64,000 bases of DNA, from positions 5,759 through 69,758 of the forward strand of contig JAKQEM010000014.1 in NCBI GenBank assembly GCA_029558515.1, written 5' to 3'. The stretch comes from a bacterium (GTDB lineage Bacteria; Patescibacteriota; Gracilibacteria; Peribacterales; Peribacteraceae). The notes under the pieces were generated by a model. It was not told the origin of the DNA. It saw only the letters and a list, made by a program, of their open reading frames with translations, and searched no databases. Made by a program: the position numbers and the translations under genes. Shown here piece by piece: positions 63,053 to 64,000 of the stretch. Positions within the stretch are counted from its first letter, which is position 1; each line of letters begins with the position of its first letter.

Positions 63053-64000
63053 TCAATGCAGCCTACGCACGATTTGATTGATAGGATCGAAAAACACTCG
63101 CATGCCGGTCTTCAATTGTCTCGATTTGATTCCACCGATTGCACCTTTACCGAGTTCGCGCGCGCGTTGAGCGCCGTGCGCAACGATACCTGCATTTTCG
63201 ATCACTAATCCCGCAGCTTGTGCTATGAATGGGTCATGGCTCAAATTCATTTGAGTCGCAACCAACACGATAGGAACGCCCGCTTCCTGGTTTTTTCTTA
63301 TGAGATCTGCAATATCTTCCGTGGCTTTATGTTCGTCGATATTCACAACAACACCCTCCACAATCGACCCCTCCGCGAGAAATTTCCCAGTTGCCTTATC
63401 AAATTCGTACTCCTTCTCGGAGCGCAGTGATATATGATCCACATTTGATTCAGTAATCACACTTGGCATTTCTATCGCCTCGTAATTCTTGAAAGATTGT
63501 TTTCGAGATCGTATGAGATGGAGCATCGATTCCGGATCAGCGATCAACACTTCAAGTTCCCGGGGATACAGGAAGTAAATGTCGCCGCTTTCCATATTCA
63601 ATCTCTTTTCCAATACTTCAAGTGTGTCTCTCAAAAGCAGGTATTGTTTTGTGAAAAGATACTTTGCCGTTTCTCGGAGTGCCATATACGTCTGAGAAGC
63701 AGCGATGACTTCCGAAAGTTCCGATCTGTCATCAGCGGACACTCTGGCAAGAATGGATTCTGCTGCCTGAATTCTTTCAGATCTTTGCGCCTCGAATCGA
63801 GCGCGGTAATTCCCTGCCTGTCGAATTCCCCTCACGTAGGTGTGCAATGCCTGAGGATCATCGCGCATCGGCTTATGACGAATTTCCAACATTTCGCCCG
63901 TGCTGTAGTGACCAATCAATTTCTTCGCGAGGACGATTGCCCCCTCTTCAGTGGCGGCATCTGCGATAGCGATGTTTGCCTCGGTAATAGCGCTCCTGTC
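63053..64000 (-). CDS. PEP-utilising-enzyme (PpsA / phosphotransferase-like) protein, C-terminal part with mobile phospho-His domain (partial; continues beyond window end)
   Basis: GSIVEGVVVNI.........PIVLVATQMNLSHDPFIAQAAGLVIENAGIVAHGAQRARELGKGAIGG matches the swivel domain. The frame stays open upstream of the track start (TTG 63919) to position 64000. Confidence 0.75.
   Translation of the reverse strand, partial: DRSAITEANIAIADAATEEGAIVLAKKLIGHYSTGEMLEIRHKPMRDDPQALHTYVRGIRQAGNYRARFEAQRSERIQAAESILARVSADDRSELSEVIAASQTYMALRETAKYLFTKQYLLLRDTLEVLEKRLNMESGDIYFLYPRELEVLIADPESMLHLIRSRKQSFKNYEAIEMPSVITESNVDHISLRSEKEYEFDKATGKFLAEGSIVEGVVVNIDEHKATEDIADLIRKNQEAGVPIVLVATQMNLSHDPFIAQAAGLVIENAGIVAHGAQRARELGKGAIGGIKSRQLKTGMRVFFDPINQIVRRLH

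Overview
This is a densely coding, high-GC bacterial chromosomal window with about 58 protein genes on both strands and two tRNAs (Asp-GUC, Trp-CCA). I found no rRNA and no CRISPR array.

Housekeeping genes I recognise:
- rpoB (5' part only, running off the window start and absent from the ORF track)
- Fe/Mn superoxide dismutase, cysS, csrA and class I aldolase fbaB
- the rnpA-yidC pair and gatC-gatA
- malic enzyme, topA, hup, jag/khpB and hsp20
- uppP, recJ, dnaJ, pyrB and asnB

The envelope set comprises a FemAB-family transferase, LysM-M23 and EnvC-like M23 peptidases, a PBP5-type carboxypeptidase, an FtsQ-like protein, a GT4 glycosyltransferase and PgeF/YfiH. A 1300-aa SLH-anchored S-layer-like protein is also present. 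At 37.3-46.4 kb there is an island of giant secreted proteins: tail-fibre-like paralogues, a LamG protein and an SLH protein.

Accessory content includes DinJ-YafQ and Phd-RelE toxin-antitoxin pairs, a DinD/Bro-N protein and a GIY-YIG nuclease. It also includes a 560-aa Cys-rich protein and several visibly lower-GC patches (17.1-17.6, 21.9-22.5, 25.3-25.9, 32.8-33.7, 50.1-52.6 and 58.9-64 kb).

The gene content looks like a small-genome, possibly CPR/Patescibacteria-like organism. That is inference only.

The most unusual signals are these:
1. GC-rich nested-palindrome and MITE-like elements are scattered through intergenic spacers. Two copies sit in frame inside the FemAB-family ORF.
2. A second class of hairpins is built from 4-5 tandem 7-8-mers at gene boundaries. 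Some of these arrays extend into coding sequence.
3. Start-codon contexts are largely free of Shine-Dalgarno sequences and are often apparently leaderless. The few canonical SD sequences cluster around csrA and an adjacent 2-kb gene-poor, repeat-rich stretch.
4. A dGTPase is tightly coupled to a pore-less voltage-sensor-like domain fused to a bacterial PH domain.
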